64,000 nucleotides of DNA from positions 1 through 64,000 of IMG/VR virus record IMGVR_UViG_3300005529_000030. One strand, given 5' to 3'. The DNA comes from a virus. The notes beneath the pieces were generated by a model, which was not told where the DNA came from, did not search any database, and worked only from the letters and a program-made list of their open reading frames with translations. Both the position numbers and the translations under genes were made by a program. Shown here in pieces: positions 41,478 through 50,264 of this stretch; within the stretch, counting starts at the first letter, position 1, and every line of letters starts with the position of its first letter.

Positions 41478-42269
41478 ATGAACAGCGACAGCAGTTGGCT
41501 ACAGAAGAATTCGAGCGTCTCTTGCGTCGTTATGCCGACTCACAAACGACCCGAAATGTTGGCCTTGGCCTTGGAGAAAATCTCTAATTCGGAAAATCAA
41601 GTTGATGACGTAAGAATATTTGCAGATACTGACTGTAATATTGAGGAAGTAGAATTTGTCAGAGATGAGTATTGTCCAAGAGCGTTAATTTTTCATGCCC
41701 GTCCGCATGTTTCCGTTCCTTCGGGAATGTGGAACATACTTCAAGCCCTAAAAGCTGGATACGAGACTAAAGCCGAATACGTGTTTCTTATTGAAGAAGA
41801 CGTATTGGTGGGCCGAAATTTTTTCAATTGGCATTTTACGGCGCAGGCCGCCAATGATTATTTTGCTACGTGCGGTCGAAGAATGCGGCATCTGCCAAGC
41901 TATAATCAGTACACTAATCCTGGAAGTTGTTTTAAGCGCGGTTCTTTGTCTTTGGTAGTGGAACACATAAATGACAGTCTATTTGAAAACAGGCAAGCCT
42001 ATATGGACCGCACCTTTGGGCCGATGCCTGAAGTATCCGATTTAGATGACGGATTGATTAGACGCATAGCTAAATTTTATGGCCTATCCGTTCTTTACCC
42101 CGACACGCCACAATGCGCGCATATCGGGTTCAGAGCATATAATCATTACATGGATTGGGTTAATACAGGGAACATAGAGCAAAGAATTTCAAAACTCAGG
42201 ACCATGCTATCTGAAATAGACCCCAATAACAGGTTTACCGGAGACTTTGAGCCGATTTTACTCTCTTGA
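41478..42269 (+). CDS. GT-A fold glycosyltransferase
   Basis: VVMPT.KRPE.L..L; IEEDV; HIG. Confidence 0.7.
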   Translation: MNSDSSWLQKNSSVSCVVMPTHKRPEMLALALEKISNSENQVDDVRIFADTDCNIEEVEFVRDEYCPRALIFHARPHVSVPSGMWNILQALKAGYETKAEYVFLIEEDVLVGRNFFNWHFTAQAANDYFATCGRRMRHLPSYNQYTNPGSCFKRGSLSLVVEHINDSLFENRQAYMDRTFGPMPEVSDLDDGLIRRIAKFYGLSVLYPDTPQCAHIGFRAYNHYMDWVNTGNIEQRISKLRTMLSEIDPNNRFTGDFEPILLS

Positions 42270-42339
42270 GTGCTCTAAAAGCGGCTCGGTTTCGATTTCG
42301 TCCCAAGCCTTATTTGGCGTTGGGTTTAAAAGCGTAGTC

Positions 42340-42670
42340 TGCTCTTCAACCGTTGCGTTTGATTCTTCTTGTTTTTTCATTTTTCTTTCTTTTACGATTC
42401 TCAAAATTTTTTACGAAGCTGCCGTGTTTGCATAAGTACGATTCCGGGCACAGTGGACGAGTCAGTTAATTTACGAACCATAAAATCTTTGCAATCGCAG
42501 AAATATCTAGCAAAAAGATGGCCTACGCGAGTCACAATGTGAACTTCCGTAGGGTCGGATTCGGACGACACGTAAAAAATTTTACAAAAACCGTCTCCAT
42601 TTTGTTTTTTAGGCACAGTTAGTTTGATACTCCCAGGGCAAACCCTGGGATTCTGTTTGCCTAGTTGCAT
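42340..42670 (-). pseudogene. SWIM zinc-finger gene, 5' end displaced by IS and internally frameshifted
   Basis: CDCKDF in one frame, LCKH in another; native ATG lies at the other IS flank. Confidence 0.55.
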
Positions 42671-43725
42671 TGCTGCACCTCGGTTCCCAGAAACGGGACT
42701 ACCAATAGGCCCGAATCGGAGCGCACTGAGTCTCCGACTACTCCACCGATAGGCATCGCGCGTCCTGCGACGTTAAATGCCGCGTTAGCGTCTCGGTGGT
42801 CATTGTGTCCGCAATGTCCACAACGATATGACTTACCGTTGGGCTTGGTTAACTGATGGCATCGGGAGCACTCCTGCGATGTATACGCAGAATCTACTTC
42901 CAGCACCATTACCCCGCGCAAAGCGGCTTTGTAGAGAATGAATTGAAGCAACTGATAGAAAGACCACTGAGACGACTCGCTATAACGGCGAATCTTCCCC
43001 TTCCTGACGTTCTCCAATTTCTCTACGTTAATGCACCGACGATGTTTCGCGGCGTAGTCCACAATCTGCTTGGACACGACATGATTTTCGTACTTCGTGC
43101 GTCTTGATTGCTTATTACGAATCTCGTGAAGAAGACGCTTCTTCCCAAGACCCTGCAAATTTGCTTTCCGCCCCCTCCAGACTTCTTTTGTCTTTGCTGG
43201 GTTGAAACCAAGATGCAAAACTTTCCCGCTTTGTGGGTCTGCCAACGTTGCGACAGCACCAACCGAGTTACGGTCAACGCCCACTGTTCCCGTGCACACG
43301 AACTGCTTATCCGCTTTTGCGTTGTAGCAAACTGCTGCGTACCACCCGCCTTTGCGCATAAAAAATTCTGCACTACGGATGAATCCTACAGGCAGTCGCA
43401 ACCATATAACGGGCAGAATTTCTTTTTTGAATAGTGCAGGGATTCTCAACCCGCCTGCTTCCAACTTAATCTGCCTGCCTTTGTCTCCGGAGATAGGCAA
43501 CACGAGGTTGGTTACCGATTTGCATTTCTTATTTCTTTGGTACTTCGCAATCAGACTCTTGCTGATTGCGCTCGGTATCTCGTGATAATATTTACTAGAG
43601 GACTGGTCGCGATGAGCGAGCATTCTATCAACGCAGGCACGAGCCTTGGGTACCAAGGAATCAAGTACGGGACGAAGAAAATCGGGGCACTTGATTTTGA
43701 TACAGCAAGTCACTGTGTCTACCAT
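42661..43725 (-). CDS. tnpB: TnpB RNA-guided endonuclease (start MVDTV likely; frame open to 43983)
   Basis: RuvC-I GVDRN, RuvC-II VEKL, YTSQECSRC, CGHCG, RuvC-III DANAAFN. Confidence 0.9.
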   Translation of the reverse strand: MVDTVTCCIKIKCPDFLRPVLDSLVPKARACVDRMLAHRDQSSSKYYHEIPSAISKSLIAKYQRNKKCKSVTNLVLPISGDKGRQIKLEAGGLRIPALFKKEILPVIWLRLPVGFIRSAEFFMRKGGWYAAVCYNAKADKQFVCTGTVGVDRNSVGAVATLADPQSGKVLHLGFNPAKTKEVWRGRKANLQGLGKKRLLHEIRNKQSRRTKYENHVVSKQIVDYAAKHRRCINVEKLENVRKGKIRRYSESSQWSFYQLLQFILYKAALRGVMVLEVDSAYTSQECSRCHQLTKPNGKSYRCGHCGHNDHRDANAAFNVAGRAMPIGGVVGDSVRSDSGLLVVPFLGTEVQQCN

Positions 43726-44082
43726 CTTTGTGTGCGCGTCGTCTTTTGCACGAAGTTCCGCAGGAAGCTTCTTGCCGACCTTCCGTTTATTCGTGAGATG
43801 CTTACTGGCGTTGTTGATAGCATCGGCTGTGCGGTTGTTGAGTTTGGTGGCGATGCCGACCACATCCACTTTCTTCTCCGCTACCCTCCCACGGCTAACT
43901 TGAGCGCAGTTGTTGGCACTCTCAAAAGTAAGAGTGCTTCCGCCTATCTCAGCCGATTTGGTTCCTTCTATTGGGGTCGTCATGCTCGTACTCTTTGGTC
44001 TAGCGGTTTCTTCCTTTGCTCCGTAGGTGGAGCGACGTTAGAAATTCTCAAAACGTATGTCAGTCAACAAGGACGCGGCTAA
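43612..44082 (+). CDS. tnpA: IS200 Y1 HUH transposase (start uncertain)
   Basis: HCVY..VFCTKFRR, DHIH, LWS.GFF..SVG, catalytic Y in KTYVSQQ. Confidence 0.9.
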   Translation: MSEHSINAGTSLGYQGIKYGTKKIGALDFDTASHCVYHLCVRVVFCTKFRRKLLADLPFIREMLTGVVDSIGCAVVEFGGDADHIHFLLRYPPTANLSAVVGTLKSKSASAYLSRFGSFYWGRHARTLWSSGFFLCSVGGATLEILKTYVSQQGRG

Positions 44083-44088
44083 CCCAGA

Positions 44089-45066
44089 CTAAAGTCCGGG
44101 ATTGCGCCCGCGTATCGGTTCATCCAAATTAAAACCTAAACCTGCTTTATTGGCCGCTTCTCTTCTTGCTTCGATTTCTGTTCCGACTTCGGTGTACCTG
44201 CCTGTTACGGTAGAATCTTCATGTCCAATCCAAAAATGAACTAGACTGTCGGGAACCCCCTGCATACGCAAATGTGTAACCCTGAATCGCCGTAGACTGT
44301 GGAATCCGCCTAAAATGCCGCATTTTGCAAATTCACGTCGGTAAAAGCTTTCGGATTCAGGAAACATTAATCCGTTTTCAATCCTAAAATGCCGCTTTAG
44401 ATAGTCATTAAGCTCGCTAGGCAAGTCTACTTCTCTAATTCCTGCCTTCGTTTTCGGCGGCATCATTCTTTGGCCATCTCGTTGTCCGAATACGACTATT
44501 TTTGATTCGGACGGCACCCAATAATTAAAATTAGGCAGTCTTTCCTCATTCGTGGCCATAGTCAATGCCAAAGCCTCTTGAATTCGCAGCCCAGAACCCG
44601 CTAGAACGACCAAAAGGGCTTGGGTATGGCTTGGGGCCTTGGAAGTGCATTTAAATGCGTCTTGAACCGTCTGTGCGCTAGCCACGGGCCTTTTCTGTTG
44701 ATTCTTATCTACAATGGGCAAGTCCATAAATTCCGTGTTCCATTTATACGGATAGACTTGCTCACCCTCTGAATTAACGATAGAACTTCGTATCTGCTTG
44801 ATAATATTGACGTTAAGCTGAATCGTGCTGGCCGATAGTCCTTTGGCGGCCAAGATTGCCACAAGTTCTTTAACTTCTTTATTTCCAACGGAATCTACGG
44901 CAAGTACGCCTATATTCGGATTCAAATTGGTTTCAATTTGCGATTTATAGGTCTTGACTGTTTCGGGACGAAGCGGATTTCTTTTACGCTTTTGTCCATT
45001 TCGTAGCCACACTTCGGCCTGTTCCCTGAATGAAGGAGTTGTCTTGTTCTTTACTTTTGTTATCAT
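44089..45066 (-). CDS. tyrosine recombinase / integrase
   Basis: GLRIQE, KT, HSLRR, IGH, Y catalytic residues. Confidence 0.9.
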   Translation of the reverse strand: MITKVKNKTTPSFREQAEVWLRNGQKRKRNPLRPETVKTYKSQIETNLNPNIGVLAVDSVGNKEVKELVAILAAKGLSASTIQLNVNIIKQIRSSIVNSEGEQVYPYKWNTEFMDLPIVDKNQQKRPVASAQTVQDAFKCTSKAPSHTQALLVVLAGSGLRIQEALALTMATNEERLPNFNYWVPSESKIVVFGQRDGQRMMPPKTKAGIREVDLPSELNDYLKRHFRIENGLMFPESESFYRREFAKCGILGGFHSLRRFRVTHLRMQGVPDSLVHFWIGHEDSTVTGRYTEVGTEIEARREAANKAGLGFNLDEPIRGRNPGL

Positions 45067-45108
45067 CGGACAAACCCTTTCAGTCTGTTTTTGATTTTAC
45101 GATACAGC

Positions 45109-45137
45109 AGCATACCGTAAAAAATCATGGCTGTCAA
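45109..45137 (-). promoter_or_regulatory. sigma70-like promoter of integrase
   Basis: TTGACA-17 nt-TATGCT on minus strand. Confidence 0.6.
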
Positions 45138-45265
45138 GACCAAAAAAAGTTTTAGTACTACTCGATGAGTTTTATACATTTTGAAAGTAATGCTATATTA
45201 CATTATCATTTTTAAGGACGGATTCGATGTTCTTTTTTACATTGTTTCTCAGGCTCGATACAATT

Positions 45266-45931
45266 TTATGCATCGGTCAGATATTCGCGGTTCTTTTCGG
45301 CAATCGAAATTAAATCCAAAGGAGGTCTGGCCGTATTACAATAATATACGGCTTTAGCGGACATATATCTAATTATTAAAGACTTGTCGAATGTAGAAGA
45401 AGAATTGCGTAGTGCAGATGCCGCTTGATATAATAATGACGCTGGCATACGTAGTCGAGAATTAGAGGAAATCGTCGTGAAATAATTTAAAAGAAGATTT
45501 AAAAGTTCGCCGTTGTTAAACCGTACTATTTCATCACTATTAAACACAGTACTGCTAGCTTGGACGAGGGCTAAAGCTCCGAAAATAATAAAATGTTTGT
45601 CTTGTACCTTAGGCAGCGGGATTTCTTTTATGGTCTTTAAAGTTTTACATCCTACTTTTAATTGTCCGTCGCGTATGTCAATTTTGCCTTCCGCTTCCCA
45701 CATTCTAGGATTTTTAAAGTATGCGTGTATCGGGTTAAGAAATACGGCAATAAATGGGTGTTCGTAAGCGTGAATCCATCCCTCGCTACAAATCGGTCCC
45801 TTTCCCGTTCCTGAATGTGATACGCCTTCGCCCCACAGGGTTTTATTGTAAGTATAGCCGTTTTCGTTTGTTAATTTATATAGTTTCATTTTTGTATTAG
45901 TCAGCGGCTCAGCCCCCAACACCTTAGTCAA
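45266..45931 (-). CDS. hypothetical phage protein (DUF7666-like N-terminus; start likely MKLYK)
   Basis: LYKLT..ICSEGWIHAY..P..A pattern. Confidence 0.55.
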   Translation of the reverse strand: MTKVLGAEPLTNTKMKLYKLTNENGYTYNKTLWGEGVSHSGTGKGPICSEGWIHAYEHPFIAVFLNPIHAYFKNPRMWEAEGKIDIRDGQLKVGCKTLKTIKEIPLPKVQDKHFIIFGALALVQASSTVFNSDEIVRFNNGELLNLLLNYFTTISSNSRLRMPASLLYQAASALRNSSSTFDKSLIIRYMSAKAVYYCNTARPPLDLISIAEKNREYLTDA

Positions 45932-45951
45932 AAAGGAGTTGCGGGCTGAGC

Positions 45952-46049
45952 AGTGTACTTGAGCGGCAATTGTCCGCCAACCCTAGCGCGTTCCTAAGCA
46001 AACTGGCAATTCTGAAAGTGTACTTGAGCGGCAATTGTTTGTCAACTCT
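45952..46049 (-). promoter_or_regulatory. tandemly duplicated sigma70-like promoter (65-bp period)
   Basis: AGTGTACTTGAGCGGCAATTGT at 45952 and 46017; minus strand TTGACA-17-TACACT and TTGGCG-17-TACACT. Confidence 0.65.
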
Positions 46050-47017
46050 TAAATTCGGTGTTCCCACAAACTGCTGTTGGCTATCCTATTTACCCTAACA
46101 AATGTCGCGCATTTAGGCAAGTCTTTTATGTTTTTAGCCCCGACATAGGCACAGGCCGACCGAATGCCGCCTGTAATTTCTTGAAGAGTGTTTTCTAGCG
46201 GACCGCGCCGAGGTAAATTAAATTCCCATCCTTCCGAAGCCCTGTAGTTTTTAAGGCCACCAGCTATCTCGGTAGCGCCTTTTTCTGATGCCATACCGTA
46301 AAATTCGGTGCCGTTTTCATCGTGACTGGCCAGCATTGCGCCAAGCATAACAAAATCCGCTCCAGCGGCAAAAGCTTTCACGACATCTCCTGGTGTACCA
46401 CATCCGCCGTCCGAGATGATGTGGCCGCCGAGACCGTGGGCCGCATCGGCACATTCAATTACTGCGCTTAATTGTGGGTACCCGACGCCAGTTTTAATAC
46501 GGGTCGAACAAGCTGCTCCGCTTCCTATTCCTACTTTCACGATGTCGGCTCCCGCTAGAATTAAGGCTTCGGTCATTTCTGGAGTGACGACATTTCCAGC
46601 CATGATTACAACATCTCTAAATTCAGACCTGATTTCACGAACTTTATCCACAACCGATTCTATGTAGCCGTTCGGTACATCCAAACATAAAAAACAACAA
46701 TCGTAATTAATATTAGAAACAAAGGAATTGAGACCTATACTTTTGATTAGAAAATCCGAATTAATCGAAGATGAGCCGTTAAAATTCTTCGGCATACAGG
46801 CTAACATGCCGCGCTCCGACATAACCCGCGCAACTTCAATAGTCGTGACCGAAGTCATATTGGACGAAATGATTGGCACTCCTGTCCACGTCCAATCAAC
46901 GTAGCGAAATTTAAAGGTTCGCAACAGATTTATTTCTTTCCGACTCTGAATTGTAGAGCGTTTCGGAACTAGAAGCACATCTTGAAAATCCAATTTTGTG
47001 TCTTGTATTAATCTCAC
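46049..47017 (-). CDS. guaC: GMP reductase
   Basis: KLDF.DVLL.PKRS, GIGSGAACSTR, ECADAAHG, SDGGC, FYGMAS, RASEG; GTG start. Confidence 0.9.
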   Translation of the reverse strand: MRLIQDTKLDFQDVLLVPKRSTIQSRKEINLLRTFKFRYVDWTWTGVPIISSNMTSVTTIEVARVMSERGMLACMPKNFNGSSSINSDFLIKSIGLNSFVSNINYDCCFLCLDVPNGYIESVVDKVREIRSEFRDVVIMAGNVVTPEMTEALILAGADIVKVGIGSGAACSTRIKTGVGYPQLSAVIECADAAHGLGGHIISDGGCGTPGDVVKAFAAGADFVMLGAMLASHDENGTEFYGMASEKGATEIAGGLKNYRASEGWEFNLPRRGPLENTLQEITGGIRSACAYVGAKNIKDLPKCATFVRVNRIANSSLWEHRI

Positions 47018-47019
47018 CT

Positions 47020-47379
47020 TTAACTCCAAAGCGGCAAATAATCGATGACACCCTGAACCTGTTTTGGCAATCCGCATATGGCCACGGCAGTTAAAAACTG
47101 TCCGTCGCCGTAGGCGGATAAATTTTCGTCATAAAATGCGACGTGACGCAGCTTTTTTGTTTTGGCTAAACGCATAATATGCTGCAATTCTGCCGAATCT
47201 CTTGCTTGTAAAATTATTATTGTTGTAGTATAAGCATTTAATAATTTACCATATTCAAAACAAAAAGCCGCAGCGGCATGCGCGGCCTGAGCCGTTTGCC
47301 GTCCTTTGGGTTGCTTTATCTTCCCGAAATCCGTTTCTATTGAATTAGCCACCACTACGTAAAGCTGTCTTTTTTCCAT
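47020..47379 (-). CDS. peptidyl-tRNA hydrolase PTH2-like
   Basis: KGR..AQAAHAA, IIL, TAVAI motifs. Confidence 0.7.
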   Translation of the reverse strand: MEKRQLYVVVANSIETDFGKIKQPKGRQTAQAAHAAAAFCFEYGKLLNAYTTTIIILQARDSAELQHIMRLAKTKKLRHVAFYDENLSAYGDGQFLTAVAICGLPKQVQGVIDYLPLWS

Positions 47380-47875
47380 GCCTATCCCTTGTTTTAAGCT
47401 TCCAAATAGAAATTCTCCTGCCCCGATTTTCGGGTCTGACGCTCTTGACCGTCACTCCCGTATTTATAAATTCGGGCGTATTAAAAACCGCTCCAGCCGC
47501 TCCCTTCGTTATAGGCCCGAATTTAGTCTCTTTCATGGCCGATTGGACTTCATCAATTGTAACAAAGCCGTTTCGTTTAGATATTTTTTTAGCAATGTCT
47601 CTGGCTTCCTGAATTGGAGAAATTTTCTTTAAAACAAAAGAGGGGAACAAATATTCAGGCATGCCATCTCCGAAATCTAGCTCGATTCCTATATCTTCAT
47701 AAATTGCTTTAACGCGCCCAATCTTACCTACGTAACAATTCATCGCGCTCGGAACCCAAACATTGTTCCAACCATTTTCATAGCTTTTGGCCTTTCGTGT
47801 CACGTAAACTTCGTCACCCACTTTTAATGTGTTTTTCATGCAAGTTTTCCTTTCTGTTCGTTCAAATTCAAACAT
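47345..47875 (-). CDS. hypothetical protein (SH3/KOW-like N-terminus + small DNA-binding-like domain)
   Basis: LKVGD.V..W...M..Y.GK.G; GAVF..TG..VKS.RP...R.I..W. Confidence 0.55.
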   Translation of the reverse strand: MFEFERTERKTCMKNTLKVGDEVYVTRKAKSYENGWNNVWVPSAMNCYVGKIGRVKAIYEDIGIELDFGDGMPEYLFPSFVLKKISPIQEARDIAKKISKRNGFVTIDEVQSAMKETKFGPITKGAAGAVFNTPEFINTGVTVKSVRPENRGRRISIWKLKTRDRHGKKTALRSGG

Positions 47876-48093
47876 CTATACCCTAATTTTTCAAATATCG
47901 TGCCTTTGACCAAATGAGCAAACCACATCGGAACATTTCTTTGTATTAGAATTTTTCCCTTGAAATTTCGGAATTTGGCCATCATAAGTGCCCTTTCTAT
48001 GGCGGCATCTTTTGTGTCGTACAAAGCTTCGCCGTTTTTATCAAACCCAATAAATCCCACGCTATCCTCCTTTCTGTTTTTTAACAATCGCAT
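47836..48093 (-). CDS. hypothetical protein
   Basis: Operon-like packing. Confidence 0.4.
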   Translation of the reverse strand: MRLLKNRKEDSVGFIGFDKNGEALYDTKDAAIERALMMAKFRNFKGKILIQRNVPMWFAHLVKGTIFEKLGYRCLNLNEQKGKLA

Positions 48094-48472
48094 CTCGGAG
48101 TTTTCTTCTCATTTCATACGTTGCAAACCAATCTATTTGACCTTCAACTTGCACTAGGACGCCTAAGAGCATATCGGTATATTCGTGATTCACGGCCCCG
48201 GCATGCTTTCCCTTTGTTATAGGAATAATCATTTCCTCGGCTTTACCACGATACTCTTTTTGGAGCATTGTGTCAAGTATTTTTTCTTCTGTCGTCCAAT
48301 TATATCTGTGTTTGGCGTAAATGGCGGGAATATCGTAGCAATCCTTCATCTTATGGCATAGCTCACACGTGGCCTTAAATATGTCAACATAGGGATAGGA
48401 CGGCGGTAATTTCAAATTGTTGTATATTCGACAATCTTCACAGTACAGCATATACTCACCGTTCCCTGACAA
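48062..48472 (-). CDS. Zn-finger hypothetical protein
   Basis: CEDC...CELC. Confidence 0.55.
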   Translation of the reverse strand: MSGNGEYMLYCEDCRIYNNLKLPPSYPYVDIFKATCELCHKMKDCYDIPAIYAKHRYNWTTEEKILDTMLQKEYRGKAEEMIIPITKGKHAGAVNHEYTDMLLGVLVQVEGQIDWFATYEMRRKLRDAIVKKQKGG

Positions 48473-49211
48473 ATCTATTGATTAAAATACTGAATGCGCT
48501 CGCAGCCACTGTTGGAATCTGTCCGTTTCCAATGGCCGAGATTCTGTCCACGTAATCGGCCACCCCATTGCTTCCTCTGCAAAGTTGGGGTGAGTATATA
48601 TCGGTTCGTTTTCGCAAATCCTCAATCCCTCGGACATCTTGGCACCACGGTACTCTGTGCTTCCACGGTATCTTTTTCGAGACGAACCTTTGAACTCGTT
48701 CTTGCCTATTGTCGGCAGCGAGAATCCAGATGCGTTTTCTTTGATGCCAAGCTCCAACATCGGAGCCTCCGAGCACACACCATTCCGCATCGTACCCCAT
48801 TTCGGCCAAGTCCCCAAGAACAACGTCGAGTCCTCGACTGGTAAGCGCGGGACTGTTTTCCAAGAACGCGAATCCAGGTCGTACTTCACCAACAATTCTG
48901 GCTGCTTCTTTCCACAAGCCGCTTTGTTTTCCTGAGATTCCCGCTCCTTTTCCTGCGACACTAATATCCTGACACGGGAAGCCCGCAGAAACCACGTCAA
49001 CAATTTCTTTCCAAGGTCGTCCGTCAAAACTTCTAACGTCGTCCCAAATAGGGAAGGATTTGAGAAATCCTTCATTCTGTCTTTTGATAAGAATACTTGC
49101 AGGGTAGGGTTCGATTTCAACAGCGCAGACAGTTTTCCATCCCAGGAGTTTTCCGCCAAGTATTCCTCCACCAGCGCCCGCGAAAAGTGCCAACTCATTA
49201 AGGGTCTCCAT
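48456..49211 (-). CDS. C5 DNA cytosine methyltransferase (alpha frame)
   Basis: LFAGAGG, GFPCQ, ENS, RKRIW, GNG motifs. Confidence 0.9.
   Translation of the reverse strand: METLNELALFAGAGGGILGGKLLGWKTVCAVEIEPYPASILIKRQNEGFLKSFPIWDDVRSFDGRPWKEIVDVVSAGFPCQDISVAGKGAGISGKQSGLWKEAARIVGEVRPGFAFLENSPALTSRGLDVVLGDLAEMGYDAEWCVLGGSDVGAWHQRKRIWILAADNRQERVQRFVSKKIPWKHRVPWCQDVRGIEDLRKRTDIYSPQLCRGSNGVADYVDRISAIGNGQIPTVAASAFSILINRFVRER
48482..49198 (-). CDS. overlapping alternative-frame ORF carrying MTase motif IX (beta-like subunit)
   Basis: 238 aa nested; HPNFAEEAMGWPITWT. Confidence 0.55.
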   Translation of the reverse strand: MSWHFSRALVEEYLAENSWDGKLSALLKSNPTLQVFLSKDRMKDFSNPSLFGTTLEVLTDDLGKKLLTWFLRASRVRILVSQEKERESQENKAACGKKQPELLVKYDLDSRSWKTVPRLPVEDSTLFLGTWPKWGTMRNGVCSEAPMLELGIKENASGFSLPTIGKNEFKGSSRKRYRGSTEYRGAKMSEGLRICENEPIYTHPNFAEEAMGWPITWTESRPLETDRFQQWLRAHSVF

Positions 49212-49233
49212 TTTTTATCTCATTTCAATTAAT

Positions 49234-49725
49234 TCACCACAAATCATGGAAAGCGTGTCGCTCTGCCAAATCAATCATGCATTGTTCGTGGGCAGGCCCA
49301 TGAGGGTCTAGGCTAGATTCGATTGCCGTATAACCCGCAGGAACGTTTATGCGTAATTCCAATTTCTCGTGGCACATTTCGTGCAATAGACTCATGTCGG
49401 CTTCTCTTAAGTCAGGATTGAGCCGAGGGTCTATGGATATAAGAACTGAGCCGTCGGGTCTTTTATCCATTCTAGCCATATCATTATAGCGCGACAAATC
49501 CGACCATATAACTTTTGTGTTGTTTGGCAACGCTCCGTAAAAGTATTGTTCGTTATAATAATCGAAATCGTTTTGAAGATTGTACTTCGGAGACGCCCCC
49601 AATAAATACGATGTTATTAAGGCCAATCCGAATATGATTATGATTTTCTTGATTAAGTTCATAAAATCCCATATAATGACAATAAATATAAAGTTATAAA
49701 CAATAATACGTCTAACAAAAACCAT
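49234..49725 (-). CDS. SprT-like zinc metalloprotease with N-terminal signal/TM
   Basis: YN..YF.G.L, LLHEMCH, HGP. Confidence 0.75.
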   Translation of the reverse strand: MVFVRRIIVYNFIFIVIIWDFMNLIKKIIIIFGLALITSYLLGASPKYNLQNDFDYYNEQYFYGALPNNTKVIWSDLSRYNDMARMDKRPDGSVLISIDPRLNPDLREADMSLLHEMCHEKLELRINVPAGYTAIESSLDPHGPAHEQCMIDLAERHAFHDLW

Positions 49726-49774
49726 ATTAAGAAGAAGGCTTTTCTTGCTTTCGACATCATGCGATAAACTCCTA

Positions 49775-50014
49775 TTATCGTATTCCAGGATTTACAGTTC
49801 CAAAATTTTTCGATGCCTCGGTTTTCATAAATTTATTATTGTCATCAAATTTTTGAGGCGCGGTATTTTCGTAAATGACATTTAGAATAACGGCCCAAGC
49901 TTGGTCAATTAAAGCTCCCGTTTTCTGTCGGGCCTTCCTTCGCAAGCGACCGCGAAGCTGTTTGGCGGGCATCGTTTGAATATTCTTTTCTGTAATTTCA
50001 GATTTATTTTTCAT
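49775..50014 (-). CDS. hypothetical protein
   Basis: GAGGA RBS. Confidence 0.55.
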   Translation of the reverse strand: MKNKSEITEKNIQTMPAKQLRGRLRRKARQKTGALIDQAWAVILNVIYENTAPQKFDDNNKFMKTEASKNFGTVNPGIR

Positions 50015-50264
50015 ATTATCCTCATTTCCTCAGGCCGCGCCAGATTAAGTCGCCATCTTCGCCCCTGCCGCGACGAACGGGGCAGGCACGGCCTGAAGCT
50101 CGTATAATCTGCCGTCATTTATGATGCGCTCGTATTTATTTGTCAATCCTGAAATCCACCACCATTTCTTTCCAATGAATACCGCTCGGTGATTACATGC
50201 ATAACATCCTCCACAACGAGAGCAGAGAAATAAATATTCTCCGCCTTTTCCTTGCGAAAAGCAA

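Larger units (their letters stand above)
42624..44118 (-). mobile_element. IS200/IS605-family element (tnpA + tnpB)
   Basis: Right end GAAT-hairpin TCCCAGGGTTTGCCCTGGGA-..TCAA; left end CAAT-hairpin CCCGGACTTTAGTCTGGG after target TGAA; visibly GC-richer than flanks. Confidence 0.9.

Noticed and set aside
42624-44118. IStron or Cas12f/CRISPR system
   Set aside because: No group I core at the element's left end and no CRISPR array; linked tnpA and hairpin ends fit a plain IS200/IS605
45067-45265. attP site next to integrase
   Set aside because: AT-rich but no identifiable core or arm repeats by eye; host sequence needed
45952-46049. Mini-CRISPR array (about 33-bp repeat, 32-bp spacer)
   Set aside because: Only two copies, no cas genes or palindromic repeat; each copy reads as a sigma70 promoter on the minus strand
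50031-50100. HDV-like ribozyme or ZTP/SAH riboswitch
   Set aside because: Could not build the required P2/pseudoknot pairings or find the consensus motifs
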